From a virus: DNA of 64,000 nt. Numbering within the stretch: position 1 is the stretch's first letter; the number at the start of each line of letters is the position of its first letter. Location of the stretch: positions 64,001 through 128,000 of the IMG/VR virus record IMGVR_UViG_3300042261_000588. One strand, 5' to 3'. The notes beneath the pieces are model-generated. The model saw only the letters and a program-made list of their open reading frames with translations, ran no database searches and was not told the DNA's origin. A program made the translations under genes and the position numbers. Below, piece by piece: positions 48,625-57,878 of the stretch.

Positions 48625-49166
48625 TGTTGATCAAGAAGTGGGAAACCAGAGTCGTAAAATTGAGTGATGTTGTTCCACAGAGCAACAATCCTAGAGTCAT
48701 TGATCTTGCATCTCTTAATGGCCTACGGGCATCGCTGGGTCGTTTTGGGTATGTGGAGCTTGTCGTCTGGAATGAGCGAACGAGGCATATCATCAGCGGG
48801 CATCAGAGGTTCGCCGTATTGCAACAGGAGGGCGTCATAGAGGCCCCTATGATCGTGGTGGACATGTCCGTGGAAGAAGAGATGGGCGCAAGTCTCACTA
48901 TGAACAATCCCATGATTGAGGGCGAGTTTGATGAGCCGGTCATGGAGCTTCTCGGACAAATAGAGAAATCGGTTCCCGAATTGTTCAAAGCAGTTCGGAT
49001 GGAGGAACTTAGGTCATCTCTTGACAAGAGCATGGATAGGAATTTAGGAGATAGCGACACACCTGACAGAGGAGATGATGTGGACTGGGACACGGAATGC
49101 CCTTGTTGTGGAAACAAATGGAAAGTGGAAAGTTCGGATATAATAGTCGTAAAGGGTAATGTATGA
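48624..49166 (+). CDS. ParB/Srx N-terminal-domain protein 2
   Basis: NNPRVI, ISGHQR, CPCC. Confidence 0.85.
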   Translation: MLIKKWETRVVKLSDVVPQSNNPRVIDLASLNGLRASLGRFGYVELVVWNERTRHIISGHQRFAVLQQEGVIEAPMIVVDMSVEEEMGASLTMNNPMIEGEFDEPVMELLGQIEKSVPELFKAVRMEELRSSLDKSMDRNLGDSDTPDRGDDVDWDTECPCCGNKWKVESSDIIVVKGNV

Positions 49167-49723
49167 ACTGTTTGATGGAACGAAAAAAGTTGGCTGATCT
49201 CAATCCTGCGGAATACAATCCTCGTGAGATCAGGCAAGAATCTCTTGATGGACTGCAAGGGTCTATTGATCGTTTCGGAGTGTTAGTTCCTATTATCTGG
49301 AATAGGCGTTCTGGGCGTATTGTTGGAGGACATCAACGATACAAGGTATTGACATCTAAGGGTGTTGAGGAAACAGATGTCGTTGTTGTCGACTTGGATA
49401 ACAACGAAGAAGTTGCTCTCAATATCACCTTGAACAATCCTGCCACTAGAGGGAAATTCACCAAGAGCGTGGTCGGATTATTAGAGCAGTCTGAAAAAAC
49501 AATGAAGGAAGAATTTAAGAAGGTTGGACTTTCGGATATGTTGAATTATCTGAGCCGCTTCAAGTTTGATGGTCCGGCGGGGTCTGGAGAGACTGGGAGT
49601 GGCAAGGGCAAGGGCAAAGGTGAGGGAAAGATCAAAGAGGGGATGAAGTGTCCGAGGTGTCAGAGTATTTGGAGAAAATCTGATGGTGAAGTGCTTTATA
49701 GAAGTGGGGTGGCCAATGGGTGA
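49163..49723 (+). CDS. ParB/Srx N-terminal-domain protein 3
   Basis: YNPREI, IVGGHQR, CPRC. Confidence 0.85.
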   Translation: MNCLMERKKLADLNPAEYNPREIRQESLDGLQGSIDRFGVLVPIIWNRRSGRIVGGHQRYKVLTSKGVEETDVVVVDLDNNEEVALNITLNNPATRGKFTKSVVGLLEQSEKTMKEEFKKVGLSDMLNYLSRFKFDGPAGSGETGSGKGKGKGEGKIKEGMKCPRCQSIWRKSDGEVLYRSGVANG

Positions 49724-50279
49724 TCTGGGCAAAGTTGAAGTTCGGGTCATCAAGTTTGCCGAAGTAATACCGATGCCGAATAATCCGCGGGTCATTGATG
49801 ATGTGGCACTGAATGGCCTGAAGGCGTCGCTAGATCGTTTCGGTTATGTTGAGCCTATCGTCTGGAACAAGAGGACTGGACATATCGTGGGAGGGCATCA
49901 GCGATTTAAGGTGCTCAACATGCAGGGATTGATTGAAGCTCAGATGGTTGTCGTGGATATGAATCCTGACGACGAGATGTCAGCGAATCTGACTTTGAAT
50001 AATCCAGAGATCGAAGGTGAGTTTTCCGAGAAGGCATTGGAACTCCTAAAGGCTCTCAAAGGAGAAGAGTCTGATTTGTTTGGAAAACTTAGGATGGACG
50101 ATTTGATGGGTAATCTTGAAAAGCGTTTCGTTCAAGTAAATGATAAGTCTTACGAGAATAAGGAGATCGATATACAGGAGTTGGTTTCCGGCTGTAATGA
50201 CAAGTGTCCTTGTTGTGGGTTTGTATGGACGGCGGATGATAAAGACCAAGTTGACTTGGAGACACTAAAAGATGGTTGA
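49716..50279 (+). CDS. ParB/Srx N-terminal-domain protein 4
   Basis: NNPRVI, IVGGHQR, CPCC. Confidence 0.85.
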   Translation: MGDLGKVEVRVIKFAEVIPMPNNPRVIDDVALNGLKASLDRFGYVEPIVWNKRTGHIVGGHQRFKVLNMQGLIEAQMVVVDMNPDDEMSANLTLNNPEIEGEFSEKALELLKALKGEESDLFGKLRMDDLMGNLEKRFVQVNDKSYENKEIDIQELVSGCNDKCPCCGFVWTADDKDQVDLETLKDG

Positions 50280-51342
50280 CGGTCACAGATTCCCTTATTG
50301 TTGGAAGAGGACTGATTTAGACCGTGTTCGGAAGCATGGTCACACGGTCTTGTCTACATTTGCTTGCGGCGGTGGATCGTCATTCGGTTATAAGATGGCA
50401 GGATTTGATGTGATCGGATTCAACGAGATTGATAAGGAAATGGTCTCGCTTTATCTGGCGAATCATCATCCCAAGTTTACTTTTCATGAGCCGATTCAGA
50501 CTTTCAAGAATCGGACAGACTTGCCTGATGAATTATTCAATCTGGATATATTGGATTCTAGTCCTCCATGCAGTTTGTTTTCCATAGCGGGCGATAGGGA
50601 AGAAAACTGGGGAAAGAGTAAGAAGTTTAGAGAAGGACAGGCCGATCAGATATTGTCGGACTTGTTTTTCGACTATCTCGATCTCGTAGGGAAGCTGAGA
50701 CCGAAGGTAACTGTCGCAGAGAATGTCAAGGGAATGCTCCTTGGTAAAGCAAAGGGATATTGTGATCTGATTTTCAAGCGGTATGATAGTCTTGGCTATG
50801 ACGTTCAGTTGTTCTTAATCAATGCCGCAACACTAGGTGTTCCACAGAGGCGAGAGAGGGTATTCTTCGTCGCTCGAAGAAGGGACTTGAATCTTCCTAA
50901 GTTGGTTTTGAATATTAAGGAAAAGCCGATCACATTCAGGGATTTATCTGGCAAGCTACCATTTCAGGATTTGAAGGATACGGATGCAAATGATGTGTCG
51001 AGGGCATTCTGGCACAAGACAATACCAGGGAAAGGTTTCGAGGATGCATCAGGTGGAAACTATTTCAATCATAAACGACTTGCATTAGATGAGCCAACTC
51101 TGACTTTGACTGCCGGTTGTTGTCTCCAACATCCAACGGAGATGAGGAATATCAGTTGGATCGAGGCGTGTTTGATTGGATCATATCCTTATGACTATGA
51201 TTTTCTCGATAAGGGTTGGAAGATGAAGGTGTATTGCATTGGGATGAGTGTCCCACCAGTGATGACCGCTCAGATAGCAGCACAGATTGCCGAGCAATGG
51301 TTTGGGGTAAAGGCAGAACAGATTGATGAGGCATGGAAGTGA
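50272..51342 (+). CDS. C5 cytosine DNA methyltransferase
   Basis: FACGGG, SPPC, ENV, QRRERVF, GMSVPP. Confidence 0.92.
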   Translation: MVDGHRFPYCWKRTDLDRVRKHGHTVLSTFACGGGSSFGYKMAGFDVIGFNEIDKEMVSLYLANHHPKFTFHEPIQTFKNRTDLPDELFNLDILDSSPPCSLFSIAGDREENWGKSKKFREGQADQILSDLFFDYLDLVGKLRPKVTVAENVKGMLLGKAKGYCDLIFKRYDSLGYDVQLFLINAATLGVPQRRERVFFVARRRDLNLPKLVLNIKEKPITFRDLSGKLPFQDLKDTDANDVSRAFWHKTIPGKGFEDASGGNYFNHKRLALDEPTLTLTAGCCLQHPTEMRNISWIEACLIGSYPYDYDFLDKGWKMKVYCIGMSVPPVMTAQIAAQIAEQWFGVKAEQIDEAWK

Positions 51343-52820
51343 CAGGGAAACATAGATTTCCTTATTGTTGGAAGAGGACTGATTTGAGTCGTGTGAAGAA
51401 ACACGGTCACACGGTCTTTTCCACTTTTGCTTGTGGAGGAGGGTCTTCTTTCGGATACAAGATGGCTGGTTTTGACTTGATAGGATGCAATGAGATTGAT
51501 AAGGAGATGATGAATTTCTATCAAGCCAATCATCATCCAAGGTATCCATTCCTGGAGCCGATACAAACCTTTAAGAGTCGGACTGATCTTCCCGATGAGT
51601 TGTTCAATCTGGACGTTTTAGATGGTAGTCCGCCTTGTTTTGTTGCGGGCACTCTCATATTTACAATTAAGGGAGTCGTTCCGATAGAGATGATTAAGGA
51701 AGGGGACATCGTTTTGACCCACCTCGGAAGATGGAGGAAGGTGGTAGCAACGATGAGCAGGATGAGTCCTACAGTTTTGGTGGACAATCGTATTGAGGCT
51801 ACTCCAGATCACAGATTTTATGCGAGAAAGTCTGGGGACGATATTCCAGAATGGGTTAAGGCAAAGGATTTAGAGGGATTTTATCTTGCATCATATCACG
51901 AAAATTATAAAGATATGGGCGGGTGGATATGGAAGAAGCTAACGAGGCCGGTGGTGCCAGCTTCCGAACTAACAGAAGTATTCGATTTTGAGGTTGAGGA
52001 GGACCATAGTTTTGTGGCCGACGGATATGTGGTTCATAATTGCTCAACTTTTTCAATGGCTGGTGATAGAGAGAAGGGCTGGGGTAAGAATAAAAAGTTT
52101 CGAGAAGGACAGGCAGAACAGGTTCTTTCAGACCTGTTTTTCGAGTATCTTGATCTCGTAGGGAAGCTGAGACCCAAGATCGCCGTAGCCGAGAATGTTC
52201 AGGGGATGTTGACGGGCAAAGCAAAGGGATATTGCAAGCTCATCGTGGATCGTTTCAACTCAATGGGGTATGACGCCCAATTGTTTCTGCTGAATGCGGC
52301 AACGATGGGAGTGCCACAATTCAGGGAAAGGGTGTTCTTTATTGCCAGAAGGAGAGACTTGAATCTTCCGGCATTGAATATGGCATTCAATGAGCCAATC
52401 ATACCATTTAAAGAGGTTGTGGAGGCATTGCCGTTTCAGGACTTGTCTGGGATAGCCCCAAATCAGGTTGATAGGGCTTATTGGCACAGGACTAGACCCG
52501 GCGATACATATTCCACCGTGTCAGGAGGAAGCTATTTTAGTTGGTGCCGATTGAGTATGGATAGAGTTAGTCCAACCGTGCTTGCCACGGAGAACATGAA
52601 GTATCCAACAGAGATGAGGAATTTAAGTTGGGTAGAGATATGTTTGATTGGGTCATATCCGTATGATTATGATTTTCTTGGTGTTACGAGGAATAAGAGA
52701 GTATACTGTGTGGGTATGAGTGTTCCACCAGTAATGATGGCACAGATCGCTGCGAAGATTGCAGAGCAGTGTTTTGGAGTGGATGCAGATAAAATTGATG
52801 AGGCTTGGAGAAAAAAATGA
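51333..52820 (+). CDS. C5 cytosine DNA methyltransferase with mini-intein
   Basis: paralog of the upstream gene; intein splits the PP/C motif. Confidence 0.92.
   Translation: MEVTGKHRFPYCWKRTDLSRVKKHGHTVFSTFACGGGSSFGYKMAGFDLIGCNEIDKEMMNFYQANHHPRYPFLEPIQTFKSRTDLPDELFNLDVLDGSPPCFVAGTLIFTIKGVVPIEMIKEGDIVLTHLGRWRKVVATMSRMSPTVLVDNRIEATPDHRFYARKSGDDIPEWVKAKDLEGFYLASYHENYKDMGGWIWKKLTRPVVPASELTEVFDFEVEEDHSFVADGYVVHNCSTFSMAGDREKGWGKNKKFREGQAEQVLSDLFFEYLDLVGKLRPKIAVAENVQGMLTGKAKGYCKLIVDRFNSMGYDAQLFLLNAATMGVPQFRERVFFIARRRDLNLPALNMAFNEPIIPFKEVVEALPFQDLSGIAPNQVDRAYWHRTRPGDTYSTVSGGSYFSWCRLSMDRVSPTVLATENMKYPTEMRNLSWVEICLIGSYPYDYDFLGVTRNKRVYCVGMSVPPVMMAQIAAKIAEQCFGVDADKIDEAWRKK
51636..52040 (+). mobile_element. 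mini-intein (135 aa)
   Basis: CFVAGT...ATPDH...VFDFEV..HSF..VVHN followed by Cys. Confidence 0.9.
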
Positions 52821-53641
52821 AAATCCTGACATTGGATGGTGGTGGGGTTTTTGGGCGAGTACAGTCACGCATATTGGCAGAGGCGAACTGTTATGACAAG
52901 TTCGACGTACTCGCAGGGACATCTATTGGTGCTCCACAAATATTGGCAATAGCTCTTGGTAAGCAAGATATGGTGAAGCCACCATTCTTTGACAAATGGA
53001 TGTATCCTGTATTCAAAACGAATTGGTTTAGAAGGATCAATATCTTTCAGCCGGAGTATCCCGATACAGGACTAAATGCTGCATTACAGGATGTGTTCGA
53101 TTCATCGGTGTTAGGCGATGTAAAGAAACCCGTGTTTATTACTGCGGCGAATATCGGTCAAAAGACATTGAAGGTGTTTTCATCTCTTAATTTTGATGAT
53201 CAATCATGGCCGTGTTGGGAAGTTTGCCGGGCAGCAACAGCAGCAGAAACCTATTTCGCTCCTTGGAAGGGATTTGCAGATGGAGGTATCTATGCTAATA
53301 ATCCTAGCATGGTTGCTCTTGCTGGTGTGGTGAGAGTACTCAAGGCAAAGATGGAAGATATTGAGATTCTCTCCATAGGTACAGGCAGGAAAGTAGATGG
53401 AGGAAAACCTCCCAGTGGCAGAATGACCACGGCATTGTGGGTATTGAGAGCTATGTTAAATGGTTCCGCCAGCGAAATGCACGAATACTTTGTTAAGTCT
53501 CTCCCTATTAAGAAGTTTGTTCGTATACAATTTGGTATGGATTCAGATTGGGAGATGGATAACCCAAAGGATATGCATAGGGCAGAACGCAAGTGGGCAG
53601 TTGACATCATGGAGGCCGTTAAAACTGTCAAGGAATTCTAA
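52817..53641 (+). CDS. patatin-like phospholipase
   Basis: LDGGG, GTSIG, DGG.YANNP, LSIGTG. Confidence 0.9.
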   Translation: MKILTLDGGGVFGRVQSRILAEANCYDKFDVLAGTSIGAPQILAIALGKQDMVKPPFFDKWMYPVFKTNWFRRINIFQPEYPDTGLNAALQDVFDSSVLGDVKKPVFITAANIGQKTLKVFSSLNFDDQSWPCWEVCRAATAAETYFAPWKGFADGGIYANNPSMVALAGVVRVLKAKMEDIEILSIGTGRKVDGGKPPSGRMTTALWVLRAMLNGSASEMHEYFVKSLPIKKFVRIQFGMDSDWEMDNPKDMHRAERKWAVDIMEAVKTVKEF

Positions 53642-53651
53642 GGAGGTTCTT

Positions 53652-54068
53652 ATGGCATCATTTGGGGAAATTTTAGCATCCTTTAAAAAGGATGAGGAAG
53701 CCGAAAATATCGTGGCTGTCATTAATGATGATGAGCTTCAAAATGGACTAATTGCTTGGAAGTCTGTCAGAATCAAGTATAAGACTGCCACAGACTGTAA
53801 TGAGAGTGACCCTACAGCAAAGTGGAATTGGCTATGGGATCAGATCGATTATGATTCTCAGGCATTTGGTGTTGTTGCCGGTGCAAAAGCACAGGATGTG
53901 GGTAGGTTGATCGCTCGATTGATTGGATTGAGGCTGATATACCCAGATGGAACGATCAATACTTTATCAAAACAATACCTTCAGACGATAATTATGAGCA
54001 AGATTCGTCAATCTGCACCTAGAGGACAAAGATCCGCTGCACAATCCGGCTCGGTTCAACAGAAATAA
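53652..54068 (+). CDS. hypothetical protein
   Basis: SD AAGGAGG. Confidence 0.6.
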   Translation: MASFGEILASFKKDEEAENIVAVINDDELQNGLIAWKSVRIKYKTATDCNESDPTAKWNWLWDQIDYDSQAFGVVAGAKAQDVGRLIARLIGLRLIYPDGTINTLSKQYLQTIIMSKIRQSAPRGQRSAAQSGSVQQK

Positions 54069-54103
54069 TTAAAAACAAGTTTGTGTTTTGTGTATAATGG
54101 GGC

Positions 54104-54550
54104 ATGAGTGGGCTTGTTGGCAAATATGTTTGTTGGGGTGATGAGGATGGGATGTTCTGTTGGGGTCGCATCAAAGCAGAAGTCGTTATTAATACGGCTG
54201 AAGGTCCCAAGGATGCATTTGTTTTGGATCAGAGGATGACTGGTCCGCATAACATTCCTGAAAGAATCCAGAGGTATTCTCGGGATACGCTTCTTCGGAA
54301 GGATATGATTGATGTTGATATGGACATCTTTGACCGAGATGTTCAGGAATTTGAATCGGTATCAAATGACGATTTGTTCTTGTTGATGATGGATGCAGAG
54401 GCAGAACTTGAAAGCATGAAAGAGCAGAAGAATTTAGGGCCGTTGAATATGTTGAAATCGCTTCTAGGACAAACTGGGGGAGAGAATGTGGCGGCAGAAT
54501 TGTTGAAGAAGAGGATGGCAATAACACAGGACGATGTCCTGAAAGTATAG
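54104..54550 (+). CDS. hypothetical protein
   Basis: ATG a few nt after TATAAT (leaderless-like). Confidence 0.55.
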   Translation: MSGLVGKYVCWGDEDGMFCWGRIKAEVVINTAEGPKDAFVLDQRMTGPHNIPERIQRYSRDTLLRKDMIDVDMDIFDRDVQEFESVSNDDLFLLMMDAEAELESMKEQKNLGPLNMLKSLLGQTGGENVAAELLKKRMAITQDDVLKV

Positions 54551-54552
54551 AA

Positions 54553-54819
54553 GTGGAGAAGGCAATGGCAACAGAACCAGTAAGCATGACAATGGCGAAT
54601 CACGAAGCGTTGATCGGTTTGTATGCTGTGTTTTATCGGAATTCTCAAAAGGTTCCGGCTAAGATCCTTCGGATTGAGAAAGGTAATCCGAATAAAATCG
54701 AGTACGAGTTGATTGCAGGTCCTGAGACGGGTCAGGTGTGGAGGAGCAAATTTGATGACTCTCAGAAAGCGAAGTTTTATGACGAAGAAAGTCTCGTATT
54801 AGCTTTGTTGGAACCATAA
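54553..54819 (+). CDS. hypothetical protein
   Basis: ORF in operon. Confidence 0.5.
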   Translation: MEKAMATEPVSMTMANHEALIGLYAVFYRNSQKVPAKILRIEKGNPNKIEYELIAGPETGQVWRSKFDDSQKAKFYDEESLVLALLEP

Positions 54820-54820
54820 A

Positions 54821-55060
54821 ATGGCAAATTTAAAAATATGTAGGAAGTGCAGTAATGGACTGGAGTTCTATCCTGCACTTCTTGATCATACTGATAAAAA
54901 AGTGTGCGGGACGCAGGTCTGGTGCATATTATCGGCTATATATATCGAATGGGATTCCGAGGTGCCAGAAAAATGCCCGTATCGGATGGAACATATTGTG
55001 TCTCAGGATGCCATTTCCGATCTTGCAGATGAATCAATAGAGATGAAGGAGTCAAAATGA
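54821..55060 (+). CDS. small Cys-rich protein
   Basis: CRKC..C..CPY..EH. Confidence 0.5.
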   Translation: MANLKICRKCSNGLEFYPALLDHTDKKVCGTQVWCILSAIYIEWDSEVPEKCPYRMEHIVSQDAISDLADESIEMKESK

Positions 55061-56235
55061 AGCCGAATTTTCAATTACAAGATATTGAAGTCTATATGGA
55101 TAATGCGGCGACAACAGCCATAGATGAAGAGGTTGTTTCAGCTATGAGACCATACTTAGAGGAGCGGTATGGCAATCCTGAGACTGTATATCGTCTTGGA
55201 AGGGAGTCGAGGAAAGCCGTCGAGGACTCTCGTGCGACTATCGCAGATATTCTGAAATGCACCCCAGAGGAGATATTCTTCACTTCTGGCGGCACCGAGG
55301 CGAATAACTGGGCTATCAAGGGCATTCGTCTTCAGGGATATGGAGGAATTATAGTCGGAGCCATCGAACATGCGTCTGTCTTAGAGCCTGCCAGCAGTGT
55401 TTTTGGAAAAGCAGATAAGAGAGCACTTTTTGAGATTCCGGTCGACTCATTCGGTCTTGTCGACTTGAATGCGCTTGAAACACACCTTCAAATGCCACAA
55501 GGGAAGCAGTGGCTCGTCTCCATTCAGTATGCCAATAACGAGATTGGGACAGTGCAGCCGGTTGAAAAGATCGCCGAGCTGTGCAAGAAGTATGGGGCAG
55601 TCTTCCATTGTGACGCAGTTCAGGCATTCGGGAAGATCGATTTCGACGTGGACGATGTGGGTGCGGACATGATTTCATTATCGGCACACAAGATTCACGG
55701 TCCGATGGGTATGGGCGCTCTCTACGTCAAGAAGGGCACCCTTCTTGAGCCTCTGTTACATGGGGGTGGACAGGAGAGGGGGATGAGGTCTGGAACGCTG
55801 GCAGTGCCAGAGATAGTGGGGTTTGCGAAGGCTGCGGAGCTGGCTATGGAAGTACTTCCAAAACAGATGCCGAGATTGATGCGTATTTCAGAGTGGTTGG
55901 CTGAGCAGTTGAGGCTTTCTAGTGACGGGAGACGTAACGGTCATACGACACAACGGCTTCCCAATATCGTGAGCATAACCTTTCCGGGAATAGAATCCGA
56001 GGTCGTCTGCGGGATCATGTGCTCGAAATACAAGTCATGTCTGTCGGCTGGATCGGCTTGCTCGACGACGAAGAGGCGTTCTCATGTCCTGGAAGCCATA
56101 GGGCGGGACCATCGTGATGTTCTGTCGACGCTGAGGATCAGTTTGAGTCGGTATAACTCGGATAGTGATGTGATGGTTGCCATGGGTCATATCCAAACAG
56201 CAATTAAACAATCGAAGGCAAGAGAGCTGATTTGA
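55057..56235 (+). CDS. iscS: cysteine desulfurase (NifS/IscS family)
   Basis: YMDNAATT, FTSGGTE, NNEIGT, HCDAVQ, SAHKIHGP, SAGSAC. Confidence 0.93.
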   Translation: MKPNFQLQDIEVYMDNAATTAIDEEVVSAMRPYLEERYGNPETVYRLGRESRKAVEDSRATIADILKCTPEEIFFTSGGTEANNWAIKGIRLQGYGGIIVGAIEHASVLEPASSVFGKADKRALFEIPVDSFGLVDLNALETHLQMPQGKQWLVSIQYANNEIGTVQPVEKIAELCKKYGAVFHCDAVQAFGKIDFDVDDVGADMISLSAHKIHGPMGMGALYVKKGTLLEPLLHGGGQERGMRSGTLAVPEIVGFAKAAELAMEVLPKQMPRLMRISEWLAEQLRLSSDGRRNGHTTQRLPNIVSITFPGIESEVVCGIMCSKYKSCLSAGSACSTTKRRSHVLEAIGRDHRDVLSTLRISLSRYNSDSDVMVAMGHIQTAIKQSKARELI

Positions 56236-56441
56236 AAAAGGTATCTAAGAAAGAAAAGCCTGTCGATATCAAGGAAGTGAATGTCGATGTTGGCGAACGT
56301 GATGATGTAGTGGTGGTGTCTTTCAATAAGGTGGTGTCATGGATAGGATTGGAACCAGTGCAGGCGATAAAGCTGGCGGAGAGCCTCAAAGCGTCAGCGG
56401 TGGGGATACTGAGAAGCACTCCGAAGTCTCAGAAAGACTGA
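56232..56441 (+). CDS. small hypothetical protein
   Basis: overlapping ORF. Confidence 0.5.
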   Translation: MKKVSKKEKPVDIKEVNVDVGERDDVVVVSFNKVVSWIGLEPVQAIKLAESLKASAVGILRSTPKSQKD

Positions 56442-56914
56442 TCTATCAGCGTGTGATCTGTGGAATATTCCTATTCTTGATCTGCATATCCTCAGTCATC
56501 GGTTTTGCAGCATCGAAGTTGTCTTGGTATTTTGCGATACCGTTTGGGATATTCGGTGGGTTGATCGGCATGTTCTTGGGGATAGGAATAGAATGGATAC
56601 GCTTAAGTATTGAAATCACGGATGTCAAAAAGGAACTCATCTTAGAAAGGATGATGAATGATGCCAAGTGTCGTAAGCAGACACGTAAAGCCGTTGATGA
56701 TGCAAGGCATGAGTATGTTAGTTTGGCTATCGAGTCAGCTAGGGTATTGGCAAACCGAGTGGCGAACAGGATCATCGCAAGACATGCCAGCCGGCTCCTC
56801 GAAGCTGAATATAGAGAGGCAACGATACAGGATACTGACGAGATTGTTGAGGATGAATTGAAGTCGTTGAAGCAGTCAATTCGGGACGAGTTTGATGCTG
56901 AAAAAAATATTTGA
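56339..56914 (+). CDS. membrane protein (two TM helices); true start probably near 56438
   Basis: two hydrophobic segments then a charged helix. Confidence 0.5.
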   Translation: MDRIGTSAGDKAGGEPQSVSGGDTEKHSEVSERLIYQRVICGIFLFLICISSVIGFAASKLSWYFAIPFGIFGGLIGMFLGIGIEWIRLSIEITDVKKELILERMMNDAKCRKQTRKAVDDARHEYVSLAIESARVLANRVANRIIARHASRLLEAEYREATIQDTDEIVEDELKSLKQSIRDEFDAEKNI

Positions 56915-56923
56915 AGATTTTTG

Positions 56924-56953
56924 TTGCAATGTTTCAGGCAGATGGAGTATAGT
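56924..56953 (+). promoter_or_regulatory. sigma70-like promoter
   Basis: TTGCAA-N18-TATAGT. Confidence 0.55.
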
Positions 56954-56995
56954 ATCTCTGTGCGGTAGAAAAGGCCGTAAGGAGTGGATGAGAAA

Positions 56996-57103
56996 ATGAG
57001 ACTGATACATACAGGTAAAGAGCAGAAGCCGATGGCAGGAGCGATTGAAGATCGCCCAGCCACGTGGTTTTCACTCTTTTCTGTCTTGTTCAATCAGGAT
57101 TAA
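56996..57103 (+). CDS. putative 35-aa leader peptide
   Basis: MRLIHTGKEQKPMAGAIEDRPATWFSLFSVLFNQD*; overlaps the 5' arm of a long hairpin. Confidence 0.5.
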   Translation: MRLIHTGKEQKPMAGAIEDRPATWFSLFSVLFNQD

Positions 57104-57141
57104 AGCAAGAAGAAGACAAGACAGAAAAGAGTGAAGACCGC
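57064..57141 (+). promoter_or_regulatory. 26-bp hairpin (candidate antiterminator)
   Basis: 57064..57089 pairs with 57116..57141 (24 Watson-Crick + 2 GU). Confidence 0.65.
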
Positions 57142-57165
57142 AGCCGAAAGGCAGGCGGTTTTTTT
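57136..57165 (+). terminator. intrinsic terminator
   Basis: GACCGC-A-GCC-GAAA-GGC-AG-GCGGTT plus T run. Confidence 0.75.
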
Positions 57166-57170
57166 ATTTT

Positions 57171-57198
57171 CCTTATTTTACTGATGAGTCGGTAATGT
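57171..57198 (+). promoter_or_regulatory. repeated promoter-like motif, copy 6
   Basis: CCTTATT-N12-CGGTAATGT with the same spacing as copies 1-5. Confidence 0.6.
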
Positions 57199-57487
57199 GG
57201 GGTATGTCGGGACGAGAACGACGAGCGATCATTGACAACTGAATATCGAAATGCGAAACAGCCACCCGGCTGTAGGCAGGTTGGAGCCATTTTGCGGACG
57301 AAGCCCTTCGGGGTTCGACGTTCGATGTGAGTGGATGACTGTAGCCGAAATGCGGGTGGTTGTCTTCGCTCCATACTGCCTTGGTTCTCGACTAGGGGCC
57401 GAATTTGATGTTCGGCGAACCCGCAGAGGGGGCGTAGTGTAGACTCAGCACTCGGTTGGGATTGCGAGGGTAGTACAGAGCGGAGAT

Positions 57488-57563
57488 GTCCCTATCTGCT
57501 AACTGGTGAGGCAATCAGATTCTCAATCTGATAATCCGGGTTCGAGTCCCGGTGGGGATGCCA
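57488..57563 (+). tRNA. tRNA-Glu(CUC)
   Basis: TCAGA-TTCTCAA-TCTGA anticodon arm, TTCGAGT T-loop, CCA. Confidence 0.85.
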
Positions 57564-57566
57564 ATA

Positions 57567-57863
57567 TAAGTATGGAGATGTGGGGCGAAGTCGGCAGCAG
57601 CGAAGCGGGTTTGGGCGTCTCATAAGAGTGATTGGAGACGATCCACCAAGAAGAAGTAGGATTTATGATCATGGGAATACGACTCGAAAAGTCGCCGGAC
57701 GGATAGGTGAATGTACAGCACCACAGTAAGTCTGGACTACCCATGATCGGATGGAGACACCTGCCAGATCAATGAAGTGTGAAAGCCGAGGGGCGGCCCG
57801 AACGGATAGTTCATGCAGAGATCAAGTGGTGTGGCTACCGGGGAGAAGCACCCGGCCTATTTA
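57567..57863 (+). ncRNA. long tRNA-mimic RNA X0 (tentative)
   Basis: end-pairing, CCGGG-8nt-CCCGG 3' arm, nested helices such as GATCATGGG/CCCATGATC. Confidence 0.4.
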
Positions 57864-57878
57864 TGAAATGACGGTGAT

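Noticed and set aside
55057-56235. DndA of a phosphorothioation system
   Set aside because: No dndBCDE or ssp genes in the window
1-56900. Most reverse-strand ORFs
   Set aside because: Shadows of well-supported + strand genes; only 19220..20188 has its own space and motifs
57181-57219. Hammerhead-like CTGATGA-GTC...GAC-GAGAAC
   Set aside because: The required GAAA core reads GAGAA, stems I and III are not evident, and the segment is explained by the promoter-like motif
57396-57480. tmRNA 5' end (GGGGCCGA)
   Set aside because: No matching tmRNA 3' end or tag reading frame could be found
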